Made by a program: the position numbers and the translations under genes | Shown: piece by piece, positions 9,882-19,456 of the stretch | Layout of the letters: the number at the start of each line of letters is the position of its first letter | How positions within the stretch are numbered: position 1 is the stretch's first letter | Source of the DNA: a candidate division WOR-3 bacterium | GTDB lineage: Bacteria; Hydrothermota; Tepidihabitantia; Tepidihabitantales; Tepidihabitantaceae | Reading direction: 5' to 3' | NCBI GenBank assembly: GCA_965649205.1 | Contig: CBFGJV010000004.1 | Coordinates: 42,134-106,133 of the forward strand | Length of the DNA stretch: 64,000 bases | The notes under the pieces: generated by a model | Databases searched by the model: none | What the model was told of the DNA's origin: nothing | Seen by the model: only the letters and a program-made list of their open reading frames with translations

Positions 9882-10814
9882 CTAAGGTTGAAACAGCTCG
9901 GCGCTACGCAGTTCTGGCTCTGTCATGTCCTCCCGCCAGTAGAAATACTGATCGTTACCACTGGGGGCTTTCCGATTGGTAAGTACGCAGGGATTACCGC
10001 GTGCGTCCAAAGCGTGCACCACGACCATACCCAGAAACCCGCCTCTGAGTTGTGCCAGATCGCGTATGGCTTCCTGACATGCTTCCTGCACAGACATACC
10101 GCATTTCATATATTGCACCACTGAGTGCGCCGTAGCGCAACGTATGGTCATTTCACCTACATTGGTACAACCACAGGCTCCAAAACGCGAGTCGGCATAC
10201 ATCCCTGCGCCAATCACCGGAGAATCTCCCAGCCTGCCCGGATAACGGTTGGCCCAACCGGAAGTGCTGGCTCCGGCCGCCAGACTGCCTCGCTGGTCAC
10301 GACAAAGGAATACCACCGTGCCCTTGGTGTCCAGGGTACGCGCCGCGGTCCAGGCGTATTCAGCCAGAGGAACCTCGCGTAGCCGAGGACGCACATCCGC
10401 GGGAATATATTTCTCTACCCATTGTTCATACTCCTTTCTGGCTTCCTCGGTAAGCATCTCGGCCCTCTCCGCTCCTATCTCGGTGGCAAACCTGTTTGCT
10501 CCTTCGCCCACCAGAAAAACATGGGGCAGCTTTTCCATCACTTTTCTTGCCACCGAAATAGCATGCAGAAAGCCAGTCAGGGCGCCGACTGCGCCGGCTT
10601 CACGGGTGTCACCATTCATGATAGCCGCATCGCTCTGCATCTGGCCCAGAAGATCAGGAGTTCCGCCCCGGCCCACAGAGCGTACGCTGGGGTCTGCCTC
10701 TGCTGGCATTATGCCCGTCTCTACCACATCCAGCGCCGACCTGCCAGCCCTGAGCGCTTCCTGGGCCTGCTTTACTCCGGGTCTCCCTTCATAGTTCACC
10801 AGAAATGCCATCAT
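9882..10814 (-). CDS. Asparaginase_2 family Ntn-hydrolase (isoaspartyl peptidase/glycosylasparaginase)
   Basis: SVG.GG.P, DAAIM.G, ARKVME..PH..LVGEGA, GTV nucleophile Thr, STSG, GRLGDSP. Confidence 0.9.
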   Translation of the reverse strand: MMAFLVNYEGRPGVKQAQEALRAGRSALDVVETGIMPAEADPSVRSVGRGGTPDLLGQMQSDAAIMNGDTREAGAVGALTGFLHAISVARKVMEKLPHVFLVGEGANRFATEIGAERAEMLTEEARKEYEQWVEKYIPADVRPRLREVPLAEYAWTAARTLDTKGTVVFLCRDQRGSLAAGASTSGWANRYPGRLGDSPVIGAGMYADSRFGACGCTNVGEMTIRCATAHSVVQYMKCGMSVQEACQEAIRDLAQLRGGFLGMVVVHALDARGNPCVLTNRKAPSGNDQYFYWREDMTEPELRSAELFQP

Positions 10815-10873
10815 TATTCACAACCTCCAGAATCTGTTACTTTTCTAAAAAATGGTAGCTCGGCCCTTGTATA

Positions 10874-11311
10874 TTATTCCACGAATTTATCCACTCTCAC
10901 CCAGGGGTCTATAAAACCGCGCTCATTGGCACCCCCGGGTTCGATATAGCAACGGCCTTCTTCTCTGGTTACTCGCAGTACCAGTCGGTGAGCACCAGGA
11001 ATGAATTTCACCAGTACGGTGACCTCGTTGCCTTCTACCTTTTCTATAGTGTGATCAAGCAAGGCAAAACGGTTTATGTCGTAATCGTCAATACTCAGGC
11101 CGTTATCTCGCAGCCAGGCGGGAGAAATCAGGGTCTTCATTCCTGCCTGATTGTCGTCCTTCATTGCCAGAAGAAACTTCCGTACCGTGCGCACTTCTTC
11201 TGTTTCCCGTCCCTTACTGCCACAACCAGCCAGCATAGCCCCCAGCAAAACAACCCCAAGCCATACCGTAAGTTTCCATGTCCGGACTGCGTTCCCCTTT
11301 CGGTTTACCAT
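10874..11311 (-). CDS. Hypothetical lipoprotein (paralog A)
   Basis: Lipobox LAGC; likely start ATG 11311; similar to the adjacent ORF. Confidence 0.7.
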   Translation of the reverse strand: MVNRKGNAVRTWKLTVWLGVVLLGAMLAGCGSKGRETEEVRTVRKFLLAMKDDNQAGMKTLISPAWLRDNGLSIDDYDINRFALLDHTIEKVEGNEVTVLVKFIPGAHRLVLRVTREEGRCYIEPGGANERGFIDPWVRVDKFVE

Positions 11312-11354
11312 ACAAAATCCCCTTCTCTGTCCGTTACGACTCTTGTCCTGCTGA

Positions 11355-11798
11355 CTATTCTTTTTTCGGTCCTTCTTCTGTCTTCTGCCAAGGCTGAATG
11401 ACATTCCCCTCCAGCTTGGCAGGCAGGATATAAGGTTCATCATCTTCGATTACCACCCGAAACCACAAATAGCGGGTTGATCCATCCGGCATATGAAGCA
11501 AGACCTTCATATCTTTGCCGTCCTGCCCCACTATCTCATAATCCTCCGGGTAATACTGATTCACACTCACCGAATCAATGTTCACCTTGTTTTTTGCCAG
11601 CCAGGACGGAGAAATTAATTCCTTCAAATCGTCCTGATCGCCGTCCACCATGGCGTCCATAAAATCCTCCACCGCATACTCGGCATCTTCCGCCGGAGCG
11701 ATTATCATCCGGTTAAAACAGGAGGCACAAACAACCGCCAGTCCCATAGCCATAAACAGCATCGTCATTCTCAACTTCTTTTCTGTTACGCCCTGCAT
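11355..11798 (-). CDS. Hypothetical lipoprotein (paralog B)
   Basis: Lipobox-like CASC; AGGAG RBS; shares LISPxWL and YI.P...I.PW with paralog A. Confidence 0.7.
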   Translation of the reverse strand: MQGVTEKKLRMTMLFMAMGLAVVCASCFNRMIIAPAEDAEYAVEDFMDAMVDGDQDDLKELISPSWLAKNKVNIDSVSVNQYYPEDYEIVGQDGKDMKVLLHMPDGSTRYLWFRVVIEDDEPYILPAKLEGNVIQPWQKTEEGPKKE

Positions 11799-11810
11799 GC
11801 TTACTCCTTT

Positions 11811-12455
11811 CTATTCTACTAGCAATAAGTTTACATAACGTGGCGACTCGCGCCTGTCTTTCACTACTTCCAGCCTGATCCCGACATTGCGGCAAGTGGC
11901 ATATACGTCTATACCGCATGCCTCCATCGCCGGCCGGGCCAGTTCAGGAAACTTGCATCTTTCTCCGGGCCGGCAGGTAGCACAGAACCGGCACGGTCCC
12001 GCGCCGAACCCGAAAGCCTTGTAATAACCATCAAGAAACGCAGTTCTTTCCAGCTGGGCCAGAAAACGTTGCATGCTGTCTGCCGACAGACGGGCACCAT
12101 TGTAGGCATATATAACCGCCCAGCGATACTCCTGCAACACCTGCCGAGTCTTTTCTGGGACAGGCGAAAACGGAGGACAACACAACCTCTTGTTGTAGCC
12201 CGAACATTCGTACTGACACTTAAGCCTTACCCACTCTGCTGTCACCACATTCCGTGCCGATATAATTCTGGCCTCATCGGCCCCCTGAGCCAGGACGAGC
12301 TGCTTATACTTTTGAAGTCTTGCTGGCGCCGGCACAGGCTGCAGTATATCATACTTCATCCCCGGCGCAATAACCCGGCAACTGACCTCAGGAAAAACTC
12401 CCTCACCAGATTCGTCCCCGCACACCAAAGTTGGCTCACCTGTCCCCGGATTCAC
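11811..12455 (-). CDS. DUF2284 Cys-rich putative metal-binding protein
   Basis: VRLKCQYEC..Y....CCPP, GPC..C..C....C, RPAMEACGIDV; start uncertain. Confidence 0.85.
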   Translation of the reverse strand: MNPGTGEPTLVCGDESGEGVFPEVSCRVIAPGMKYDILQPVPAPARLQKYKQLVLAQGADEARIISARNVVTAEWVRLKCQYECSGYNKRLCCPPFSPVPEKTRQVLQEYRWAVIYAYNGARLSADSMQRFLAQLERTAFLDGYYKAFGFGAGPCRFCATCRPGERCKFPELARPAMEACGIDVYATCRNVGIRLEVVKDRRESPRYVNLLLVE

Positions 12456-12620
12456 GATTTAGTTACCATGTAATTCTGCAAACTAACTTGCAAAATCTCC
12501 GGCAACCGCATCTGCTAAGCTTCCGCCAAGCAAACTTCTTCCCCCATCGGCAATTCTCCCTTCAGACAGACTGTCCTACCGCCAATGCTACGAAATCAGA
12601 AACAGTTGTTCTAACCGACG

Positions 12621-12652
12621 ATAAAATAAAGAGATAAGCGCAATCCTTATCT
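12621..12652 (-). terminator. Possible intrinsic terminator
   Basis: AGATAAG-gattgcg-CTTATCT followed by CTTTATTTT on the minus strand. Confidence 0.4.
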
Positions 12653-12653
12653 A

Positions 12654-12747
12654 CCTGCCCAGCCACTGGGGGAGTCGTTCCCCCCTCTGAGGGAGCAGCA
12701 GACCGCAAAACAGTCTTACCAGCAGGAACCGGGTATGGCCAGACAAG
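12654..12747 (-). ncRNA. Candidate cloverleaf-like structured RNA / degenerate tRNA-like element
   Basis: 13-bp closing stem enclosing 4 hairpins; wobble pairs are G-U on the minus strand. Confidence 0.35.
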
Positions 12748-12753
12748 ACACAG

Positions 12754-12787
12754 AAAAAGCGGCGGGGCGGCCCAAGCCGCCCCCGCC
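12754..12787 (-). terminator. Intrinsic terminator of asnA
   Basis: GGCGGGGGCGGC-ttgg-GCCGCCCCGCC hairpin then GCTTTTT, 18 nt after the stop. Confidence 0.85.
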
Positions 12788-12805
12788 AACCTATCTATGC
12801 AGACG

Positions 12806-14080
12806 CTATTTAAGCACAAATATATTGTGCCGTTCGCAGATTTCGTGCAGCTGTTTGGGCCAGACCGTAACCGTAACTTCGCCAATGTGCGCCTTGCGCA
12901 GGAGCAACATCTGCAGTCTTCCCTGGCCGATACCGCCGCCAATGGACAGTGGTATTTCGTCGTTCATTATCATTTTGTGATAGGGCAACTCCAGCCGGTC
13001 GAGCTGACCAGCCAGCTCTAGCTGCTTTACCAGCGTCTCTTTCGTTACGCGAATGCCCATAGAGGAAAGTTCGTGGCGCCGTTTGGTCAAATGATTCCAG
13101 ACCAGAATGTCGCCGTTGAGACCGTGTGTATCCTTGCCGGTTTCCTTGGAGGTATCTGTCACCCAGTCGTCGTAATCTGCAGCCCGCATTTCGTGCGGGA
13201 AGCCGTCCTTGAGCACCCAGCCGATACCAATGATAAACACCGCCGGTGAGTAATCCTGCAATATTCTGGTCTCACGTTGCTTACGAGGCAGGTCCGGATA
13301 GCGATCCAAAATTTCTTCGGCGTGAATGAAAGTGATTTCCTTGGGCAGGTTGGGGTAGCGCGGGTCTTTGAGCTGAGGGTACAGCTCCTGTACAAATTCT
13401 TCGGCACCGGTAATTACCTTCCATATCTTCCGCACAATCATTTTCAAAAATTCCAGGTTCCGGTCCTCAGCAGTGATGACCCTTTCCCAATCCCACTGGT
13501 CCACATAGGAAGAATGGTCGTGGTCTAAGAAGTAGTCCTTGCGCACCGCCCGCATATCGGTATTGATGCCTTCGCCCACCTGACAGCCGTACTGCTTCAA
13601 GGCCCAGCGCTTCCACTTGGTTGCGGCCTGTACTATCTGGGCATTGATGCGAGGAGAGATGCCCAGCCCGCAGGGAAATTCAACTGGCGTGCGCGACCCG
13701 TCGCGGTCCAAGTTGTCGTTCATACCGCTTTCCCGTTCCACAATCAGCGGCACCTGCACCATCTGGAGATTGAGTTCTTTGGCTAGATTGTCCTCCACGT
13801 AACGCTTGACGGCGTAGATGGCGCGCTGAGTTTCCTTGTTATCCAATATGGGACGATAATCAACCGGAAGCAGTTTTTCCACCTCTTCGTAAGTGGAAAC
13901 GCCGGGACCGGCCAGGTCTGCGGCTTTACCCGTCTTGCCCGGCTTCGGCATGAATGTGGCGGTCTGCGGCTGGGTGTTGCGGGTTCTGGATACTGCCTTG
14001 CGCGCTTTGACTTTCTTTGTGGTCTTGGCCTTCAAACGCTTAGGGGCTTTCTTGCCTGCCTTCTTTTTTTTCGTTGCCAT
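12806..14080 (-). CDS. asnA: Aspartate--ammonia ligase (asparagine synthetase A) with Lys-rich N-terminal extension
   Basis: G.NDNL, KWKR, HSSYVDQWDWE, RAADYDDW, GLNGD, ELSSMGIRV, SIGGGIGQ.R, HIGEV; AAGGAG RBS. Confidence 0.95.
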   Translation of the reverse strand: MATKKKKAGKKAPKRLKAKTTKKVKARKAVSRTRNTQPQTATFMPKPGKTGKAADLAGPGVSTYEEVEKLLPVDYRPILDNKETQRAIYAVKRYVEDNLAKELNLQMVQVPLIVERESGMNDNLDRDGSRTPVEFPCGLGISPRINAQIVQAATKWKRWALKQYGCQVGEGINTDMRAVRKDYFLDHDHSSYVDQWDWERVITAEDRNLEFLKMIVRKIWKVITGAEEFVQELYPQLKDPRYPNLPKEITFIHAEEILDRYPDLPRKQRETRILQDYSPAVFIIGIGWVLKDGFPHEMRAADYDDWVTDTSKETGKDTHGLNGDILVWNHLTKRRHELSSMGIRVTKETLVKQLELAGQLDRLELPYHKMIMNDEIPLSIGGGIGQGRLQMLLLRKAHIGEVTVTVWPKQLHEICERHNIFVLK

Positions 14081-14238
14081 CGTGCTGACTCCTTTTTGAA
14101 AGTTGCTAGTTTGTTACGTCATCTCTACCGGGCAGAGAATACAAGGAGGTGTCAAGCTGTCAAGCCTGTCCGGAGGTCTTATTGACCGGCAGAGCAACTG
14201 AACTACAATCACGACCAGACTGTCAAACTGGAGGAAAA

Positions 14239-15567
14239 ATGACTCGTCTTTCTACCACCGAAGTGCTCAAGCTCGTAAAGAAGCGCCGCGTCAGATTCAT
14301 ACAGCTGTGGTTCACTGATGTGCTGGGTTTTCTCAAAGGTATCACCATACCTGCTCACGAATTGCCCCGCGCTTTTGACCACGGCATAGCTTTCGATGGT
14401 TCTTCCATCGAAGGTTTTGCGCGAATCGAGGAATCGGATATGGTTGTGGTGCCGGACGCTGCCACCTTTGCTGTGCTCCCTTGGGAAGTACAGAAGGAGA
14501 AGGCTGGCCGCATATTTGCCGATGTATTGACGCCATCGGGCAGACCGGTGAGTTCTGACCCGCGGCATGTGTTGCGCCGGGTGGTGGAGCGATGTCGCCG
14601 GCTGGGCTATGTGCCTTATGCCGGTTGTGAGCTGGAATGTTTTTACTTCCAGAATCCATATCGACCGGAATTTGTTGACCATTCCGGCTATTTTGATCTC
14701 ACGCCGGTTGCCACAGCCGAACGGGTAAGGCACGACACCGCCGTGGCTCTGGAAGCCCTGGGTGTGTCTGTAGAATACAGCCATCACGAAGTATCGCAGA
14801 GTCAACACGAAGTTGACCTACGTTATTGCGATGCACTCACCATGGCCGACAATGTGGTAACCGCCCGTTTTGTCGCCAAGCAGGTGGCCCAGGCTAACAA
14901 TGTGCATATCAGCTTCATGCCCAAACCAGTTTTCGGCATCAACGGCTCTGGTATGCACGTCCATCTTTCCCTTTTCAGAAAGGGCCGGAATCAGTTTTTC
15001 GAAGCCGGCAAACCGTTTCTGCTTTCCGATACGGCGCGACATTTTATAGCCGGGCTGCTGAAATACGCGCGGGAGATGACCGCGATCACTAACCAGTGGG
15101 TGAACTCTTACAAACGGCTGGTACCGGGCTACGAAGCACCAGTGTATGTGTCTTGGGCGCAGATGAACCGTTCTGCTCTGGTGCGGGTCCCAGCTTTTGA
15201 CGCCCGCCGGCCCCAGGCCTGCAGGGCTGAATATCGCTCTCCTGACCCGGCGTGCAATCCCTATCTTGCTTTCGCCTGTCTTTTTGCCGCCGGATTGGAA
15301 GGTATAGAGCAGAAACTGAAGCTTGGCCCGCCCACTTCCGATAACATCTACCGGATGACAGAGGAAGAACGCAAGGCCGCAGGCATAGAGTCCCTTCCCT
15401 CCGACCTTTTCGGCGCGGTAAAGGAAGCCGAGTCCAGTCAGTTTGTGCGGGCCACTTTGGGCGATCAACTCTTTGAGCACTTCATCCGCAATAAGAAACT
15501 AGAATGGGATGAATACAAATCGCAGGTCACAGAATATGAAATAAGGCGCTATCTGCCGATTCTTTAG
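14239..15567 (+). CDS. glnA: Type I glutamine synthetase
   Basis: [69 protein letters not shown] before ATG 14239. Confidence 0.95.
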   Translation: MTRLSTTEVLKLVKKRRVRFIQLWFTDVLGFLKGITIPAHELPRAFDHGIAFDGSSIEGFARIEESDMVVVPDAATFAVLPWEVQKEKAGRIFADVLTPSGRPVSSDPRHVLRRVVERCRRLGYVPYAGCELECFYFQNPYRPEFVDHSGYFDLTPVATAERVRHDTAVALEALGVSVEYSHHEVSQSQHEVDLRYCDALTMADNVVTARFVAKQVAQANNVHISFMPKPVFGINGSGMHVHLSLFRKGRNQFFEAGKPFLLSDTARHFIAGLLKYAREMTAITNQWVNSYKRLVPGYEAPVYVSWAQMNRSALVRVPAFDARRPQACRAEYRSPDPACNPYLAFACLFAAGLEGIEQKLKLGPPTSDNIYRMTEEERKAAGIESLPSDLFGAVKEAESSQFVRATLGDQLFEHFIRNKKLEWDEYKSQVTEYEIRRYLPIL

Positions 15568-15673
15568 CGCCCTTTGCGCGGAAAACTGGTCTAAGAACAG
15601 AATGAAGTTTCTGACGCTTGTCTGGATTGTTTTCCCACTCTGGACTCTAGATGCTAGATGTAGAAAGGAGAAT

Positions 15674-16168
15674 ATGTTGCCTCGTACACAGCTTGCCACC
15701 TTTGCCGCCGGCTGTTTCTGGGGCGTACAGGCGGAATTTGACCGCCTGCCCGGTGTCGTCGCCACGACTGTTGGTTACACCGGAGGACACACGGAAAACC
15801 CCACTTACCGCCAGGTATGCTCTGATACCACCGGTCACGCAGAAGCAGTGCTGGTTGAGTATGACCCGCAGCAAGTAAGCTATGAGGAACTACTGGAGTT
15901 GTTCTGGCAGATACATGACCCTACTACACCGAATCAGCAGGGACCCGACGTCGGCAGTCAATACCGCTCCGCCATATTTTACCACTCCGAAGCGCAGAAA
16001 ACGGCAGCGCTGGCTTCTCGCGCCAGGCTGGTAGCTTCGGGAAAGTTTAGGCGACCAATAGTTACAGAGATAGTGCCGGCTACCCGCTTCTGGCCGGCCG
16101 AAGCGTATCATCAGAAGTACTTTGCCCGACGCGGAGGCGGCTCCTGCCACTTGCGCGGCAAACAGTAA
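15674..16168 (+). CDS. msrA: Peptide-methionine (S)-S-oxide reductase MsrA
   Basis: AAGCFWG, GYTGG..ENPTY..VC, TGHAE, HDPT, QYRSAIF, AE.YHQ.Y; AAGGAG RBS. Confidence 0.95.
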   Translation: MLPRTQLATFAAGCFWGVQAEFDRLPGVVATTVGYTGGHTENPTYRQVCSDTTGHAEAVLVEYDPQQVSYEELLELFWQIHDPTTPNQQGPDVGSQYRSAIFYHSEAQKTAALASRARLVASGKFRRPIVTEIVPATRFWPAEAYHQKYFARRGGGSCHLRGKQ

Positions 16169-16184
16169 CTAGCATAGCCTATTT

Positions 16185-17468
16185 CTAGCGTCCGGGTTCT
16201 CGTATAACTCGCAACCTTCCGGAATCGGCCAGCAGCTCTGCGGGGCGGGGCCGACTCATAAAATCCAAAAGGCTCATTGTGTAACCGTAGGCACCGGTAT
16301 TGACAAATCCTACAATGTCGCCCACCCTGGGCTCAGGCAGCATCTCTCCCCGGCCCAGGCAGTCTAGAGGCGTACAGATGGGACCGCAGATGTCCACTTC
16401 TGTGGCAGCTGACTCCAGCGGCCGGTTTAAAAGGCGGGCCGGATGGCGGATGCGCATAAAAACTGGCCGGCTGAAACTGTTCATTCCTCCGTCGCAGATT
16501 GCGAGGATGCGGCCCCGAGAGCGTTTCACCCTCACTATTCTGGTAAGAAAAACCCCGGCCTCTGCCACCAGATATCTGCCCGACTCTAGAAGCATCCGGC
16601 AACCCGGATAATCCCGACGCAGAGCCGAAATTACCGGCCTGACTCTCTCTACCACCTGCGCCAAGTCCAGCTCCCTTTCTTGTTCGGTGTAGGGGATGCC
16701 AAAACCTCCGCCGAAATCCACAGTCTCTAGACGACAGCCGAGCTCCTGGGAAATCCTTCGTGCCAGTTCAACCACATAGACGATATGCTCGGCCAGAAAA
16801 CCGGCGTCCAGCACCTGGCTGGCAGAATAAACCTGAATGCCAGCTATTCTGGCCCAACGATTACGCACCGGCCGCACCTGATTTATCACTTCTTCCTCAT
16901 CAAATCCGAATTTGCTGGGACCGCCCACCATTACTTCCTTGGCTTCGGGCCGACGCTCAAAGGTGTTGATACGCAGTAGTACCGACACTTCCCGCTTCCT
17001 GCGTGCGGCCTCCTTTTCAATCATCTCCAGGTCTTCAACCGCATCTGCCACCAGCGCCCTGATGCCAGTGGCAACAGCCAAGGTCACATCCTCTTTTCGC
17101 TTGGCGGGTGCTACATACACTATATCCTGAGGTTTAAAGCCTGCCTGCAATGCCGTAGTCAGCTCTGCCTCTGAACTTACCTCTGCGCCGGCGCCTCCAG
17201 AACGTAAAAGGCGGCATATTTCCACATTAGGATTTGCCTTCAATGAATAGCAAACCGTAAAATCGGAAAAGTACCGCTGCAGAAGCCGCAACCGGCAGCG
17301 TATGACAGAGGCAGAATATACGTAGCAGGGAGTTCCCCGCCTACGCACGATTCTCTGCAGACCCACCCGGTCTGCCTCAAATCGTCCGCGTCGGATGAAG
17401 AACTCCGCAAACCTCAGCCCTGAAGCCGGCATGTTTTCTATTCGCCGGCTCTGTTCTTTTGTCTTCAT
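16185..17468 (-). CDS. PLP-dependent group IV decarboxylase (LysA-like fold, BtrK-like motifs)
   Basis: YSLKAN, SKFG, DFGGGFG, ESGRYL, GPICTPLD, GAYG; QVYSASQ replaces the LysA H.GSQ. Confidence 0.85.
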   Translation of the reverse strand: MKTKEQSRRIENMPASGLRFAEFFIRRGRFEADRVGLQRIVRRRGTPCYVYSASVIRCRLRLLQRYFSDFTVCYSLKANPNVEICRLLRSGGAGAEVSSEAELTTALQAGFKPQDIVYVAPAKRKEDVTLAVATGIRALVADAVEDLEMIEKEAARRKREVSVLLRINTFERRPEAKEVMVGGPSKFGFDEEEVINQVRPVRNRWARIAGIQVYSASQVLDAGFLAEHIVYVVELARRISQELGCRLETVDFGGGFGIPYTEQERELDLAQVVERVRPVISALRRDYPGCRMLLESGRYLVAEAGVFLTRIVRVKRSRGRILAICDGGMNSFSRPVFMRIRHPARLLNRPLESAATEVDICGPICTPLDCLGRGEMLPEPRVGDIVGFVNTGAYGYTMSLLDFMSRPRPAELLADSGRLRVIREPGR

Positions 17469-18268
17469 TTTCTATACACCTCAATTCGGCTCACACCCTG
17501 AAAGATATAGAACGGAAACGGTTCGGAAACTACCGCGTCTATTCCCAGAAGGCGACAGTATTCCTCTCCAAAATTGGCCCCGGTTTCGGCAAAAATCAGA
17601 AGCTTCGCCCCTGCCCGGCTCGCTGTCTCCACCAGCATTTCCAGAGTATCGGTAGCAATAGTCATACCGGTCACTATCGCCAGGTCACAGTTCCCCACCA
17701 GGTCTAAGGTTCTGGAGCCGTCTTCCACCTTTACGCCGTGGATGACCCTGCCCACCATGTCTCGTTCCAAGTCACTGGCCATTACCTCAAAGCCGCGCAA
17801 CCGCAATCCCCTAATTACATTTCCCACCACTCCCACATTAACCACCCTAGGCTTGCGGTTTGCGACAGCAGTCAGCAGTCTCTCCGCTTCGCTCAAAATG
17901 ACGCCGGTACGGAAGTCCGTCTTCTGAATCGCATCACCGGAGAACTCGTACGCTGCGGCCGGTTTTCTGGGCACAGAAGCGTACAAAGCGTCGAGGGTAG
18001 CTATGGAGATGCAACTCTTCTCGCCAATAATCTCGCGCGCATCCCGTCCCACGAGCATTCTTCCTCTTTCATCGTCGCCCGTGCAATAACAGCAACCCTG
18101 TCCTCGGGTCATTACCAGCCAGAAGGTATAAAAGAAAGTACGTTCGTCCGGATTCGGTCGGAAGGCGAGCTCCACCTTCCAGATGCCGCGTACCAGAAAG
18201 TCATCGTCCGGGCGTCCCTCGTAGTGCCGCAGCGCCCGTTCTCGCAACAAGGCAAAAGCATCTAACAT
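17465..18268 (-). CDS. DUF364-like Rossmann-fold protein
   Basis: IATLDA, VVNVGVVG, AIVTGMT...T motifs; ATG 18268 directly follows the upstream stop; ATGA overlap downstream. Confidence 0.7.
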   Translation of the reverse strand: MLDAFALLRERALRHYEGRPDDDFLVRGIWKVELAFRPNPDERTFFYTFWLVMTRGQGCCYCTGDDERGRMLVGRDAREIIGEKSCISIATLDALYASVPRKPAAAYEFSGDAIQKTDFRTGVILSEAERLLTAVANRKPRVVNVGVVGNVIRGLRLRGFEVMASDLERDMVGRVIHGVKVEDGSRTLDLVGNCDLAIVTGMTIATDTLEMLVETASRAGAKLLIFAETGANFGEEYCRLLGIDAVVSEPFPFYIFQGVSRIEVYRK

Positions 18269-18270
18269 TT

Positions 18271-19221
18271 TTATTCCCCCGATTTCTGCTCGTTGCCGGC
18301 TGCAAGCGAAAACGCCTTCTGTCTCTTGAGCCAGCGTTCCAGATTGCAAGCCAGCTCTTTTTCTCTGCCCAGATAATTGTGGGGTGCTCCTGTTACTACC
18401 GTGCCGACGAAAGACGGACACCGGACTAGCAGTTCCTGCAACGTCTTTAGGAACACGGTCGGCTTCAGAGTAAAAGCCTCCCTCACCGTGCCCACCGCGC
18501 AGAACACCGGTACCCGCACTAAGGCCAGTTCGGGAAAACTCCTGCGGTCGGTCCGACTCAGATTGAACATACCGGTCACAGAGCGTGGATCTAGAAAATC
18601 CACAAACGAACGGGCGGAAATCGGATAAGGAAAATCTTTTTGCCTCATCAGTTCCCGGCCGCGGTCGTCTCTTACTAGGCGGCGCGCCCGGGCTAGAACC
18701 GAAGCGAACCTGCTTTTCAACATTTTTCGCGCCAACCCCATATCATCTGAAGGCGAAAGTAGAACCAGTGCCCGTACGCGAGGATCTTCTGTTTTCACCA
18801 AATAATGAACCACCTTGATTGCTCCGTGACTGTGCCCCTGCAGGACAACATGCCTCGCTCCCCGCCGCCAGAGAAAATCCACCCAGGCAGAAATATCCTT
18901 CACGCAATCTCGCATACGCTCATACACGCCGCCTAGCTGAACGTAGTCTCCCCTCCCCGGACGCAGAATATCGGCAATATAATCATGTCCCCGATTATTG
19001 CCGGTCAGAAAGTCAGCCCCGGCCCGGTTGTAAACCCGGGCCGCCTCGTCCAGAAAACGATTCTCGTAGAAATTCCCGTCCAAACCATGCACGTGGCAAA
19101 CCGCGGTTGCAGTTGGACTGTTCTCTGCCGGAGACAGAAAACCATGTAATTCCAGACCATCACTGGTTGTGATACGGTACAACTCTCCCCGCATCGAAAG
19201 CTTTGGTTTAAGTTTATCCAT
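18271..19221 (-). CDS. Alpha/beta hydrolase (DUF1749-like)
   Basis: HGLDGNFYEN, nucleophile elbow GHSHG, LLSPSD, C-terminal GAPH. Confidence 0.85.
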   Translation of the reverse strand: MDKLKPKLSMRGELYRITTSDGLELHGFLSPAENSPTATAVCHVHGLDGNFYENRFLDEAARVYNRAGADFLTGNNRGHDYIADILRPGRGDYVQLGGVYERMRDCVKDISAWVDFLWRRGARHVVLQGHSHGAIKVVHYLVKTEDPRVRALVLLSPSDDMGLARKMLKSRFASVLARARRLVRDDRGRELMRQKDFPYPISARSFVDFLDPRSVTGMFNLSRTDRRSFPELALVRVPVFCAVGTVREAFTLKPTVFLKTLQELLVRCPSFVGTVVTGAPHNYLGREKELACNLERWLKRQKAFSLAAGNEQKSGE

Positions 19222-19456
19222 CTTCGTCGCCTGCATACTACCAACTTGCGGCTTCAGCTCAAGTCTGAACCCGCTTCCTGCCTCTTGCTCACTACCGTAT
19301 GCTCCTCGCTTCGATTTGACACCAACCAGACAAGCATTAAAATTTTCGTACGATACGTTCCTTGGTTCCGCCCCCCCCCGTGCTCTTCACCCGAGCGGAA
19401 CACAGAGCAGAAATTACAAATCAGGAAGGACTGCAAACAAAGCCCGAGGAGGAGAA

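Noticed and set aside
12654..12747. tRNA-Sec or SRP RNA
   Set aside because: No TCA anticodon or TTCG T-loop; GGGAGCAGC on the + strand lacks the preceding CAGG..GGAA of SRP helix 8.
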